DNA of 64,000 nt, from the NCBI GenBank assembly GCA_034439475.1, contig JAWXAN010000042.1:64765-128764 (forward strand), read 5' to 3'. The notes under the pieces are model-generated. The model ran no database searches, was not told the DNA's origin, and saw only the letters and a list, made by a program, of their open reading frames with translations. The translations under genes were made by a program, and so were the position numbers. The stretch comes from Candidatus Zixiibacteriota bacterium (GTDB lineage: Bacteria; Zixibacteria; MSB-5A5; GN15; FEB-12). This document shows positions 55,091-64,000 of this stretch, one piece after another (positions within the stretch are counted from its first letter, which is position 1; each line of letters begins with the position of its first letter).

Positions 55091-58000
55091 CTACGATTCG
55101 TGATCGCCGGATGGAGTCTTCACGCTCGGCTTGAGCCGATCTTGGATCGATTCAGGAACCGGTTCGCCATTGTCGTCGGCTACAGATCGGGTACGCTTCC
55201 ATAACCTGTTTTCAAAGTTCTGAGGGTCAGATTCAATCACAGTCCGCACAGTGTTTGGTTGGCCATCTTCTGATTCTGTCTCGGCGAATTTTACTGCGAC
55301 AAGCTTGGACACACCGGGTTGTTCCATAGTGATGCCGTAGAGGTTGTCCGCGGTTTCCATCGTTATTTTGTTGTGTGTGATGGTAATAAATTGCGTCTGC
55401 GATGAGAATTTGCGGATGATAGTCAGGAAGCGGCGGCAGTTGGCATCATCAAGCGGGGCATCGATTTCATCGAGAATACAGAACGGCGACGGCTTAACTA
55501 GATAGAGTGAGAAGAGCAGAGATATCGCCGTCAACGCCCGTTCGCCGCCGGACATCATGGTAATGGGCAGAAGTTTTTTGCCGTGAGGACGCGCGATAAT
55601 TTCGATATTGGATTCAAGCGGGTCTTCGGGATTCTCAAGCCGAATCTCAGCCTCGCCGCCGTTGAACAATTCAACAAACAGGGCACGGAAGTTTACCTGA
55701 ACCTTATCGAGCGTCTCATTGAACAACTGCTTGGCTGTCTGATTGATCTTAGTGATTGTAGTCTGAAGGTTGTTTTTGGCTGTTGTTAAATCCCTTATCT
55801 GTTCATCGAGGAATTTCTCGCGCTCGCTTGCTTCCTGATATTCATCCAGCGCAAGCAGGTTAACCGCGCCGAAGCTTTTGAGTTTTTCTTTGAGATCGAC
55901 AAGATTTGCTTTGGCGGTTTCATCGGTCAGTTCACTTTCGGGCCGGCGAGACTCGATGGTTCTAATGTCAATATAGTAGTCATCGCGAAGTTTTTCGGTG
56001 ATGCCTCGAGTCTCAGATTCATTTGTGTTAAGACGGATCTCAATCTGATGAAGCTGTTCGCCAAGCGTATCCTGTTCCTCGCGAAGGTTGCGAATTGTAC
56101 GCTCCTGAGTTGACAAACGTTCGGCAAAACTGCTCTGCTGCTGACGGTACTCGTTCTGTTTTGCTGTATACGCCTCGCGGTGCTCAAAGGATGCTTTCAG
56201 TTCGGTTTCAAGCTCCGTGTTCGTCTTTGTGCCGACAGCAATCTCTTCGAGCAATTGGGCAATTTCCCGCTCTTTGACCAAACGGGTTTGCTCGAGTTCG
56301 GTTTTGATTTCCTGAACATGTTTCATGCGGCTTTCGGTCTGTTGTAGACGACTTTTGGCTTCGATATGAAGTACCTGAAGTTTAGCCACACGCTCCAAAG
56401 CATCGCTTGCGGCCTTTTCGACATCCTCGAGACGAGTGCCGGCCATCTTAATATTTTGAAGAAGATTATCCTTTTGATCGGATAACTGAGTGAAGTCCAA
56501 TCCGAGCGAATATTGACGGTTTTGAATCCGTGTCAATTTGTCTTTGACACCTACTAATTCTTTCTCGAGGCGTTCGACTTCAGCGGTCAATGATCTCTGT
56601 TCAAAACCATGTTCATTGAGTTTATGCTGGACGGCGTCTATTTCTTCCTGGATTGATTCATTGTCAGCCGTCAATGTCCCAGACTGGGCGCGAGCTCCGG
56701 CGAGGGTAACTGCCTCGCGATTCTTTTTCTCACGAATATCAGCAAGCTGGCTGGTGAACTGAGTGATGAACTCTTCCTGCTCCTGAACCTTTTCACGACG
56801 GCGAAAAAGAGGGAAATGATCGTCGGAGCCGCCGGTGATAAGATTGTTGCCATAGAGGATGCCGTCGGTCGAGACGGCTGTAAATCCGTAGGGGAGATGG
56901 GGAAGAATGCTTTCGGGATTGGTTCCTTCGCGGAACACAAGTATGCGAGAGAGTACGGCGTCTTTTAGGGTCTTGAGATAGTCCGGAGCGGTAACAAAAC
57001 TATCAAGCCAGCCAATCACGCCATCGACGTGGATTTCTGGACGTTTCACCGCCGAGTTGATAACGCCTGTATTGGGAACCAGAATGCCGATCTTCCCCTT
57101 TTTTTCAGTTTTCAAAAATGAAATAATTGCTTCGGCAGCGGACTTCTCCTGACAGATAAGAAACTGCGAAATCTCTCCCAATGCAGTCTCAAGAGCGACG
57201 TCCATTCCCGCGACCGGCACAAAATGTTCGGCGACAGTGCCCGCGATAGCCGGCCAGCGGCCTCGGTTTTGCATCGCAACGACCAAGCCTGATTCATACC
57301 CCTCATAATGGAGCATCATCTCCTCAAGAAGTGTCCTACGGGCCTGGCATGCCTCAAGCGAAGCTGTAAGGTTGGACGCCTCCATTGTAAGCTCGTTTCC
57401 ATGTTCGACAAGCCGTTCCATCGTTTCAGTCAGAAAAGTTTGGGTCTGCTCAATTTCGGCGCGTTGACTCTGGAGTTCGTTCAGTCTTTTCTGATCCTGA
57501 TCGACATGGGACAGAATGTCCTGACGAAGCGGATTTCCCTCAGCAAGACGCGCGGTCAATTCGGAGGCAAGCCGTTTTAGTTCATCTTCCTGTTCTTTGA
57601 GCGAGCTTTCTTCGGTCTTGCCGGAGGATAATTTTCCTTCGAGTTCAATTAACTGCTGGTTGTCTGTTTCTTTGCTCGAACGGGCGCTGTGCATCCGTCG
57701 GTCGGATTCGGCTTGACTTGTCTCGGCCTCGGCCAACTGAGCGGCAAGAATTGTGACTTCCTCTGATTGAGTCGCCAATTCGGTATCCGAGACAGCAAGC
57801 TGATCAGAGAGGGTGGCAACTCTCACGGCAGCAGTATTGATATCAGCTGTATTCTTCTCAATTATCTCATTGGCGTGGGCGGTACGGGTGCGAAGCACCG
57901 CAATCCTCTGTTCAAGCGAGTGGGCTGACTCAGATGCCGAGTAGATAAATTGTCCGACCTCGGTCAATTGTCGCTCAATCTCGCTCAATGACTGCCGATC

Positions 58001-58813
58001 CCCCCCAAGACTCGCTGCGGCGCTGTCCAGAGCAGTGGCCCTGCCCAGCTTTTGATCGGAGAGTTGTTTGGAAGAGCCTTTTAGCTCGCGCTTTTCCTTG
58101 TCAAGAGAGTGCACTCGCTGAGTGGCGAAGTACAGCTCCCAATCCTTTATTTCGTTGCGAACTTCGCTGTATCGCTCGGCCTTTTTCTGCTGGCGATGGA
58201 GCGAATTCACGCGAGTCTTGACTTCTGAATGAATATCTTTCAGACGAAGAAAATCATTTTCGGTTGCTTCGAGCTTTCTCAAAGCGGCGCGTTTGCGATG
58301 TTTGTATTTGGTGATACCGGCCGCCTCCTCGAACAGGAAGCGACGTTCCTCGGCTTTATCCGAAATGACTGATTCGATCATATCCTGTTGAATTACCGAA
58401 TACGAGTGCGCGCCCATCCCCGTATCGACAAAAAGCTCGGTGATATCTTTCAGACGGCAGGGAATCTTATTCAGCAGATATTCGGATTCGTCGCTTCTGA
58501 AAAGCCGGCGGGTAATCTGAACCTCGTGGTATTCAGTTGGCAAAACCCCGCGATCATTGACAACGGTAAGCGTGACTTCGGCCATGCCCAACGGCTTCAT
58601 TTCACGTGTGCCATTGAAAATAACCTCTTCCATCTTGCCACCCCGCAACAAAGTCGGTCTCTGCTCGCCCAGCACCCAGCGAAGGGCATCGAGGATATTG
58701 GTTTTTCCACACCCGTTCGGGCCGACAATAGCAGTCACACCCTCAGAAAACTTCACGACAGTTTTATTTGGAAATGATTTAAAGCCGAGTATTTCTAATT
58801 GCTTTAGGTACAT
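55091..58813 (-). CDS. smc: Chromosome segregation protein SMC
   Basis: N-terminal Walker A GPNGCGKTNILDA, long coiled coils with a central hinge, signature MSGGERALTAISL and Walker B FCILDEIDAPLD. Confidence 0.95.
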   Translation of the reverse strand: MYLKQLEILGFKSFPNKTVVKFSEGVTAIVGPNGCGKTNILDALRWVLGEQRPTLLRGGKMEEVIFNGTREMKPLGMAEVTLTVVNDRGVLPTEYHEVQITRRLFRSDESEYLLNKIPCRLKDITELFVDTGMGAHSYSVIQQDMIESVISDKAEERRFLFEEAAGITKYKHRKRAALRKLEATENDFLRLKDIHSEVKTRVNSLHRQQKKAERYSEVRNEIKDWELYFATQRVHSLDKEKRELKGSSKQLSDQKLGRATALDSAAASLGGDRQSLSEIERQLTEVGQFIYSASESAHSLEQRIAVLRTRTAHANEIIEKNTADINTAAVRVATLSDQLAVSDTELATQSEEVTILAAQLAEAETSQAESDRRMHSARSSKETDNQQLIELEGKLSSGKTEESSLKEQEDELKRLASELTARLAEGNPLRQDILSHVDQDQKRLNELQSQRAEIEQTQTFLTETMERLVEHGNELTMEASNLTASLEACQARRTLLEEMMLHYEGYESGLVVAMQNRGRWPAIAGTVAEHFVPVAGMDVALETALGEISQFLICQEKSAAEAIISFLKTEKKGKIGILVPNTGVINSAVKRPEIHVDGVIGWLDSFVTAPDYLKTLKDAVLSRILVFREGTNPESILPHLPYGFTAVSTDGILYGNNLITGGSDDHFPLFRRREKVQEQEEFITQFTSQLADIREKKNREAVTLAGARAQSGTLTADNESIQEEIDAVQHKLNEHGFEQRSLTAEVERLEKELVGVKDKLTRIQNRQYSLGLDFTQLSDQKDNLLQNIKMAGTRLEDVEKAASDALERVAKLQVLHIEAKSRLQQTESRMKHVQEIKTELEQTRLVKEREIAQLLEEIAVGTKTNTELETELKASFEHREAYTAKQNEYRQQQSSFAERLSTQERTIRNLREEQDTLGEQLHQIEIRLNTNESETRGITEKLRDDYYIDIRTIESRRPESELTDETAKANLVDLKEKLKSFGAVNLLALDEYQEASEREKFLDEQIRDLTTAKNNLQTTITKINQTAKQLFNETLDKVQVNFRALFVELFNGGEAEIRLENPEDPLESNIEIIARPHGKKLLPITMMSGGERALTAISLLFSLYLVKPSPFCILDEIDAPLDDANCRRFLTIIRKFSSQTQFITITHNKITMETADNLYGITMEQPGVSKLVAVKFAETESEDGQPNTVRTVIESDPQNFENRLWKRTRSVADDNGEPVPESIQDRLKPSVKTPSGDHES

Positions 58814-58824
58814 GGTCCCTTTCT

Positions 58825-59418
58825 TCAGCCGTTGGTTGCCACAGGAGAGCCATCGAGAGTCCGATTCATAATGGCCGCCAACGTTTCAAGCAGCGAACGA
58901 TAAATATTCCGTTCATCGCGAAGATATTTCGATTTGATTTCGAGGTTGTAAAATGGCTCTCCGATATGATTTCCTCGTCCGATACGAACGGCGTTTGGGA
59001 AATGGAGGAGAACCGTGGATGTAAAGTTCGTTTGTTCCAGACTCAAGTCCATCACAAGGTCAAATTTGTACTCCTGGAGTGATTTCAAAAAAGTCGGCTT
59101 CGGAAGTCCAGCCCAGGTCAGTTGGTCCATAGCAGGGGTGAGCAAGTGGAATCCCTTCCGTGGATAAATGTCCGTCACCTGTACCCCGGGCACAGCGAGG
59201 AGTGTGATGTCGGCGGTCTTAAAGAGACTTGCCAGTTGAGGAAGGAATTGCTTTACAAGAGTCAGCTCGCGCAACCCTGGAGGAAGACAAACAAGAATAT
59301 GTTTTGTGACCATGAGATCGCCCGGAAAGGAGCGGCTGGTTGGCTGCATTTGCTTGCGGAAACGTCGCAGATAAAAATCGGCCACAATTTTCCTGATGTT
59401 GAATATAGGCTTTTTCAT
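58825..59418 (-). CDS. Hypothetical protein
   Basis: 197-aa ORF tightly packed between rodZ-like (adjacent) and smc (11 nt). No motif recognised. Confidence 0.5.
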   Translation of the reverse strand: MKKPIFNIRKIVADFYLRRFRKQMQPTSRSFPGDLMVTKHILVCLPPGLRELTLVKQFLPQLASLFKTADITLLAVPGVQVTDIYPRKGFHLLTPAMDQLTWAGLPKPTFLKSLQEYKFDLVMDLSLEQTNFTSTVLLHFPNAVRIGRGNHIGEPFYNLEIKSKYLRDERNIYRSLLETLAAIMNRTLDGSPVATNG

Positions 59419-60318
59419 TTATCTCCCTGCTCCTTGTACGCCGCTTTGGAGTAGTGTGTCGCCCGCTCGTCCAAGCATCGTATCACTTTGGGATTGAGAA
59501 ATCTCCTCGGGCATGAGGAAGGATGTATAATTGCTTCGATTGACTTCGACCCGGGTCGCCCTACGCGTGCCTGGATCGCTCAGATCAGCTTTTTTCCCGT
59601 TGAGACGAATATCCACAGCCTCCGGTATTCCAATACTGATTATTAACACCTCCTCGGCATCAATCTGATAGTCTTTGCCAATCACAAGGTCCCCGTTTAT
59701 GACCGTGTCACCGTCGGCCAGAATCATCGCTGAGGACTGCACACGAGTCATGATGCTGAGGGTGAGTCCGCTTATTGAATCCAAGGGGGGATTGAAATTC
59801 TGTTCGTTTGAATTGCCCGCATTTGACGAAGATCTAACCCCGGGGCTGACAGAGCTGCCATTCGAGGCCTCTGTTTTATCCGTCACCGAACGGAACAATG
59901 CAAGCCCTAGTATACCTAACACGATAAAAATGAGAATCAGCACCCAACTGCTTTTCTTCGCTGGTTCAATAATATTCTCCTCGATCTTTTGGAATCTCGA
60001 CTTCTTTGATCTTTCGGGGGGCGCAGGAGGCGGGGCGTTTGCTGCGCGCTCGGCGTCTTCTGCGGCCTCTCGTTCGCCAATCTCCTCGCGGATGGCATCG
60101 ACAGTACGGGTGTAGTCGATACCAAGGTAGGTCGCGTATGATTTCGCAAAGAGCATGAAGTACAGTTCGGCAGGTAGTTTACTCGCCGAGCCGTCTTCGA
60201 CATAGCCGAGATTCGTCTCGCTGATTTTCAGTTCATTAGAAATCGTGGACAACTCAAGTTTGCGATGGAGTCGCTCCTGCTTGAGAAGATTGCCGATTTT
60301 TCCATATAATTCATTCAT
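59419..60318 (-). CDS. RodZ-like cytoskeleton-associated protein (XRE-type HTH, TM helix, C-terminal beta domain)
   Basis: N-terminal HTH LLKQERLHRKLELSTISNELKISETNLGYVEDG, a charged linker, the TM helix WVLILIFIVLGILGLALF and a C-terminal DUF4115-like region. Confidence 0.7.
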   Translation of the reverse strand: MNELYGKIGNLLKQERLHRKLELSTISNELKISETNLGYVEDGSASKLPAELYFMLFAKSYATYLGIDYTRTVDAIREEIGEREAAEDAERAANAPPPAPPERSKKSRFQKIEENIIEPAKKSSWVLILIFIVLGILGLALFRSVTDKTEASNGSSVSPGVRSSSNAGNSNEQNFNPPLDSISGLTLSIMTRVQSSAMILADGDTVINGDLVIGKDYQIDAEEVLIISIGIPEAVDIRLNGKKADLSDPGTRRATRVEVNRSNYTSFLMPEEISQSQSDTMLGRAGDTLLQSGVQGAGR

Positions 60319-60332
60319 GTCGCATCATTCTA

Positions 60333-60941
60333 TCACCCAATTTTGAGAAGTACTTCCCCCGCCAGACGATTGAGCAGAACACGGGGTAGACCAATGACAG
60401 TATCAAGATTCCCCTCGATTCTGTCAACTAAAAACGTCCCCATCCCTTGAATTCCGTATGCCCCAGCTTTATCCATGGGCTCGCCTGTTGCCACATACTC
60501 CCACACTCTGTCGTTATCAAGTATATGAAACCGGACTTCGGTGGTATCGTAACCGCTCATGAGAGGAATACCGTCGGCGGCTAAGCTTAGGGCCGAAACG
60601 ACAGTGTGAGATTGTCCCGATAGAGCCATCAGGGTGTGAAACGCATCAGCTTTTGTAACTGGTTTCCCGAGTATTTTGTTCGCCAGAACAACAATGGTAT
60701 CACATCCAATTACCACAGCATTTGTGGTGATTCGCCCGAAAACTTCGCCAGATTTTTCCTCTGCCAAACGCACAGCGTATTTGCGCGGATCTTCCAAATC
60801 ACGGGTGGATTCATCAATTTCGGGAGCAACTTGAGTGAATTCTATGCCTGTTTCCTGGAGCAAAGTGACTCGGCGAGGTGAAGCGGAACCGAGGATTACC
60901 GGGCGGAGAGTGGCGAGACGGCGAAGCTCTTCATACATCAT
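60333..60941 (-). CDS. maf: Maf-family nucleoside-triphosphate pyrophosphatase
   Basis: ILGSASPRRVTLL, DES..., GCDTIVV and KAGAYGIQG motifs. Confidence 0.9.
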   Translation of the reverse strand: MMYEELRRLATLRPVILGSASPRRVTLLQETGIEFTQVAPEIDESTRDLEDPRKYAVRLAEEKSGEVFGRITTNAVVIGCDTIVVLANKILGKPVTKADAFHTLMALSGQSHTVVSALSLAADGIPLMSGYDTTEVRFHILDNDRVWEYVATGEPMDKAGAYGIQGMGTFLVDRIEGNLDTVIGLPRVLLNRLAGEVLLKIG

Positions 60942-61374
60942 GGTCGAGAATAATTGTCACAGGGCCATGATTTGTAAAGGTCAAATCCATTTTTCTGCCA
61001 AACTGACCGGTTTGGGTGTCAAGTCCCGAAGTTTTCATCTTTTCTACAAAGATATTATAGAGTTTCGCCGCTGCAACAGGTTCCATGGCGTCAGTGAAGG
61101 CCGGGCGTCTTCCTTTTCGGGTGTCGGCATAAAGCGTAAACTGCGACACAATCATAATTTGAGCCTGTAGGTCTAAAACCGAGAGGTTCATTTTTTGCTC
61201 GCTGTCTTCAAATATCCGCAAGTTTATTGCTTTGTCAGCCAGTGAGGTACACGATAGCTCATTGTCGCCCGTTTTGGTGCCAAATAATATTAGAAGACCT
61301 TGTGCGATAGAGCTATAAAGCTCTCCGCCGATCCATACCTGACATCCTATAACTCGCTGTAATACCAGTCTCAT
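60931..61374 (-). CDS. dtd: D-aminoacyl-tRNA deacylase
   Basis: MRLVLQRV..., GLLILFG, SQFTLYADTRKGRRPAF and NHGPVTIILD. Confidence 0.9.
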   Translation of the reverse strand: MRLVLQRVIGCQVWIGGELYSSIAQGLLILFGTKTGDNELSCTSLADKAINLRIFEDSEQKMNLSVLDLQAQIMIVSQFTLYADTRKGRRPAFTDAMEPVAAAKLYNIFVEKMKTSGLDTQTGQFGRKMDLTFTNHGPVTIILDHDV

Positions 61375-61548
61375 TAGCCTGATCGTTCCTTTGTGTTCAG
61401 TATAACAGCCCGCAAGGAACTAGGAAATGTTTATTCAGTGAGTTCTAGACAAGAAAAAGGCTTGCTGGAACCTTGTTTTCCTTGCATTGTTAGAGTAGTT
61501 AATAGGAAAGAAACACAATTAGCGTAGATAGCGAGGCATTTAGTATTT

Positions 61549-61875
61549 ATGAAAAAACCGGTAGACATAACTGATGACAGCTTTGAGATGGAAGTTATCC
61601 AGTCAGGAACGCCCGTTATAGTCGATTTCTGGGCTACATGGTGCGGTCCATGCCGAATGATAGCCCCAATCCTGGAGGAAGTGGCCACCGAATTGGGTGA
61701 TAAGGTGAAAATCGCCAAATTGGATATTGATCACAATCATGTGATAGCCGGGAAGTACAATATTATGTCGATTCCGTCGCTTCTCTTTTTCAAGAACGGC
61801 GAGGTTGTCGATCAAATGACCGGAGCTTTTCCAAAAGCACAGATTCTCGCCCGTCTTCAAAAGGTGCTCGTTTAA
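61549..61875 (+). CDS. trxA: Thioredoxin
   Basis: VDFWATWCGPCRMIAP active site. 108 aa. Confidence 0.95.
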   Translation: MKKPVDITDDSFEMEVIQSGTPVIVDFWATWCGPCRMIAPILEEVATELGDKVKIAKLDIDHNHVIAGKYNIMSIPSLLFFKNGEVVDQMTGAFPKAQILARLQKVLV

Positions 61876-61910
61876 CTCCAATCGGTTACAACGATCCAAA
61901 ATAAAGCTGA

Positions 61911-61946
61911 CCGCAGACTCCTAAATAGAGTCCGCGGCTGGCTTTT
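61911..61946 (+). terminator. Candidate terminator after trxA
   Basis: ccgcagactc / gagtccgcgg stem (9 of 10 bp), loop ctaaata, and a tttt run 5 nt downstream. Confidence 0.45.
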
Positions 61947-62134
61947 AGTATTCTCGATGCATAAACGACTCTCAGTCATGGCTAATGTATAGATCCGTCA
62001 CAACAGATTTATGAATCTTAAAGAAAATACTCCTGAGTGAGAGTCAAAATCGGTCTAAAAATAGGATAAACACAAACCAGAAGACTTGGGCGGGACTGTA
62101 TCTCGATGCTCAGACTGCCGATAGAGTAAACTAT

Positions 62135-62959
62135 ATGTGGAAGAACAACCGATATCGTCCTGAAGGCGGCCTGTCCATAGGCCCGGGAGCAATCTCTCCA
62201 TTCATTAAAACGATGTTAATCTTTAACATCGCGGTTTTTGTCCTTCAAATACTCATTCCCGGACTGAGCGAGATTTTTGGACTGAGTCCGGCGGTATTCT
62301 TTGAGCGTTTTCCAAATCTGCTCTATCAACCGTTTACCTATATGTTCCTCCACGGCGGCTTCGGTCATATTTTCTTTAATATGTTCATGCTGTGGATGTT
62401 CGGCACCGAAGTCGAGCACTCGATGGGTAGCAAGTCATTTGGGCGGTTTTATATACTTGCTGGGCTGGCTGGAGCATTGTTGACTTTGATAGTTCATCCG
62501 AGCCAAGAGGCAGTCATGGTCGGAGCTTCAGGAGCAATAAATGGTGTACTCGTTGCCTACTGGATAATGTTTCCCACTCGCCTTCTCTATATCTATTTTC
62601 TTTTCCCGGTTCAGGTAAAATGGGCAATTCCAGGTCTTATGTTGATAAGTTTTCTCTTTGGAGGATCAAATATCGCCCATATGGCTCACCTCGGAGGAGC
62701 TGTGTGCGGATTCATTTACCTGAAAGAAAACTGGCGCTGGGCTTCTTTTGGAAGCAGATTTAAAAACTTGCGCTACCGTCGTCAATCCGCGAAGCTTGAA
62801 AAGAAGCGGCAGGAAGCGTCAGAGATTATGAAACGAGTAGATACGATACTGGATAAAATAAACGAAGTCGGCATAGAAAATATTAGCAAGGCCGACCGTA
62901 AGTTTCTCGAAGACGCCTCATCTGAATTGTCGAAACAGAAAAATTTGTCCAAAAACTGA
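62135..62959 (+). CDS. Rhomboid-family intramembrane serine protease
   Basis: Six-TM core with the GASGAING (catalytic Ser) and AHLGGAV (catalytic His) motifs, followed by a charged C-terminal tail. Confidence 0.85.
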   Translation: MWKNNRYRPEGGLSIGPGAISPFIKTMLIFNIAVFVLQILIPGLSEIFGLSPAVFFERFPNLLYQPFTYMFLHGGFGHIFFNMFMLWMFGTEVEHSMGSKSFGRFYILAGLAGALLTLIVHPSQEAVMVGASGAINGVLVAYWIMFPTRLLYIYFLFPVQVKWAIPGLMLISFLFGGSNIAHMAHLGGAVCGFIYLKENWRWASFGSRFKNLRYRRQSAKLEKKRQEASEIMKRVDTILDKINEVGIENISKADRKFLEDASSELSKQKNLSKN

Positions 62960-62968
62960 GCCTGTCCC

Positions 62969-64000
62969 ATGCGAAAAAAAGTTCTTCTTGCAGAAGCATC
63001 TGAGTCGACCCGCAGAGTCGCCGATTTAGTATTGAAGCAAAACGGCTTCGAGGTTATCGCCGTGGCAACCGCCGAGCGGGCCAAGGAAGTCCTTCAGTTC
63101 ACGCGTCCGGATATTCTTGTCATTGGCTCAGGACTCACCGGTTCCGATATGCAACCTTTCTACGAAAAAGTGCAGGCCGATTCCAAATTGACATCAATTC
63201 CCATGCTTCTGATTCAGTCACCGCATTCGAGCGATCTTCCCTTTCCGCCAGAGGTTATAATTCCACAGCCGCTCGAACCACATGACTTCATTGCACGAAT
63301 ACAGACATTTATTGGACAGTCAACCTCGGGTGGGAAGGCCTCCGAAAAAATCTCTTTTGAATCTCCCCATATAGACGACAATACGCTTGATGAAGCGCTG
63401 GGAATAGGAAGTATCGAGGTGACAGACTCTGAGGTTATGGATCGGACATCCACTAGTACTCCGAGAAAGCCGAAGACTTCAGAGAAAATGATAGGATATG
63501 ACCATATCGAGGAACACACTGATCAGCATATAGATTCGATGAGCATCAGAGACAACGATCTGAGTTCAATCCGCTCGACAAATTCTTCACGTTCCGCCGA
63601 TCGTGGCACGGGCCAGATTGAAATTGTGAGAGATCAATATGGATTGGTTGATGCGCCGGAGCCGCAACGAGCCTCTCATGGCCCGTCGGATTATGATTGG
63701 TTTGTCAATTCAATGCAGCAGGACAATACCGTGGCACCGCCCAAGCCTGTTGCGCCGAAGCACGCCCGATCAGCGCCCGTAGTCGATTCGGGTAAGCTCC
63801 GCATCAAGGAAACGTCCACGATTATCAATCCTGTCACAAAGCCGATCACCCAACCAGTGCCTACCTCCCAGCCGCCTGTTCCACAGAATGATTCACGGCA
63901 CACCACAGGTGTCGAAAAATTCATCGACGAATTCAAGAAAGAAATCGAATTATTCAAATCAACAGAACCTGAGAGCGTGGTGGTTCAGGAAACGGATTCA
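62969..64000 (+). CDS. Receiver-like (pseudo-receiver) domain protein with a long Pro/Ser/Thr-rich tail; 3' end lies outside the window
   Basis: This ORF is not in the supplied track because it runs off the window. I translated it by hand from the ATG at 62969 and found no stop through 64000. The N-terminus MRKKVLLAEASESTRRVADLVLKQNGFEVIAVATAERAKEVLQFTRPDILVIGSGL has a CheY-like layout. Confidence 0.6.
   Translation, partial: MRKKVLLAEASESTRRVADLVLKQNGFEVIAVATAERAKEVLQFTRPDILVIGSGLTGSDMQPFYEKVQADSKLTSIPMLLIQSPHSSDLPFPPEVIIPQPLEPHDFIARIQTFIGQSTSGGKASEKISFESPHIDDNTLDEALGIGSIEVTDSEVMDRTSTSTPRKPKTSEKMIGYDHIEEHTDQHIDSMSIRDNDLSSIRSTNSSRSADRGTGQIEIVRDQYGLVDAPEPQRASHGPSDYDWFVNSMQQDNTVAPPKPVAPKHARSAPVVDSGKLRIKETSTIINPVTKPITQPVPTSQPPVPQNDSRHTTGVEKFIDEFKKEIELFKSTEPESVVVQETDS

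Noticed and set aside
61465-61486. A sigma-54-like string, cTGGAACcttgttttccTTGCAtt, upstream of trxA.
   Set aside because: There are 14 nt between GG and TTGC instead of the required 8, so the -24 and -12 elements would be out of phase.
1-64000. Mobile elements, prophage genes, toxin-antitoxin or known defence systems, and rRNA, tRNA or tmRNA genes.
   Set aside because: No transposase, integrase, recombinase, phage structural, nuclease-helicase defence or Cas-like motifs were seen in any of the listed ORFs. No inverted terminal repeats were noticed. The absence call is limited to inspection by eye.

Overview
This is a 64-kb chromosomal segment from a diderm bacterium, apparently uncultivated. 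Three proteins end in the type-IX-secretion (T9SS) C-terminal sorting domain (NYPNPFNP[ST]TTI...YFYRL...K/RMVLLK/R) and a PorV/PorQ-like barrel is present. That suggests an FCB-group / Bacteroidota-related lineage, but this is inference only. I see about 45 protein genes and no rRNA, tRNA, CRISPR array, transposase or integrase. Most of the window is housekeeping: 7TM-HD/ybeY/corC, lipB plus an E2 acyltransferase, fabL, lgt, rsmI, nadE, ssb, lpxD-skp-bamA-rplU, uvrB, acs, rlmH, yjbQ, ftsY, smc, rodZ-like, maf, dtd, trxA and a rhomboid. Three accessory blocks stand out. (i) 7.6-14.3 kb is a tight operon of a TonB-dependent-receptor-like barrel carrying an inserted array of Ca-binding DxNGNG loops, a PorV/PorQ-like barrel, and a 757-aa lipoprotein of unknown function. 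(ii) 14.4-22.6 kb holds a GT39/TPR membrane glycosyltransferase divergent from two tandem T9SS-cargo proteases (S8 and M6), with a sigma-54-type -24/-12 element upstream. A TPR-GAF-AAA+ sigma-54 activator lies at 3.5-6.5 kb. (iii) 42.6-53.3 kb is the most unusual locus. It encodes a roughly 3,375-aa cysteine-rich modular surface protein with about 33 Ig-like modules. It contains a 498-bp tandem duplication and a 3,633-bp super-repeat, and it is split by a single-nucleotide frame change. Its C-terminal part carries cohesin-like and dockerin-like modules and the T9SS sorting domain. All functional calls come from motif recognition by eye in the supplied translations. No searches or computations were run.
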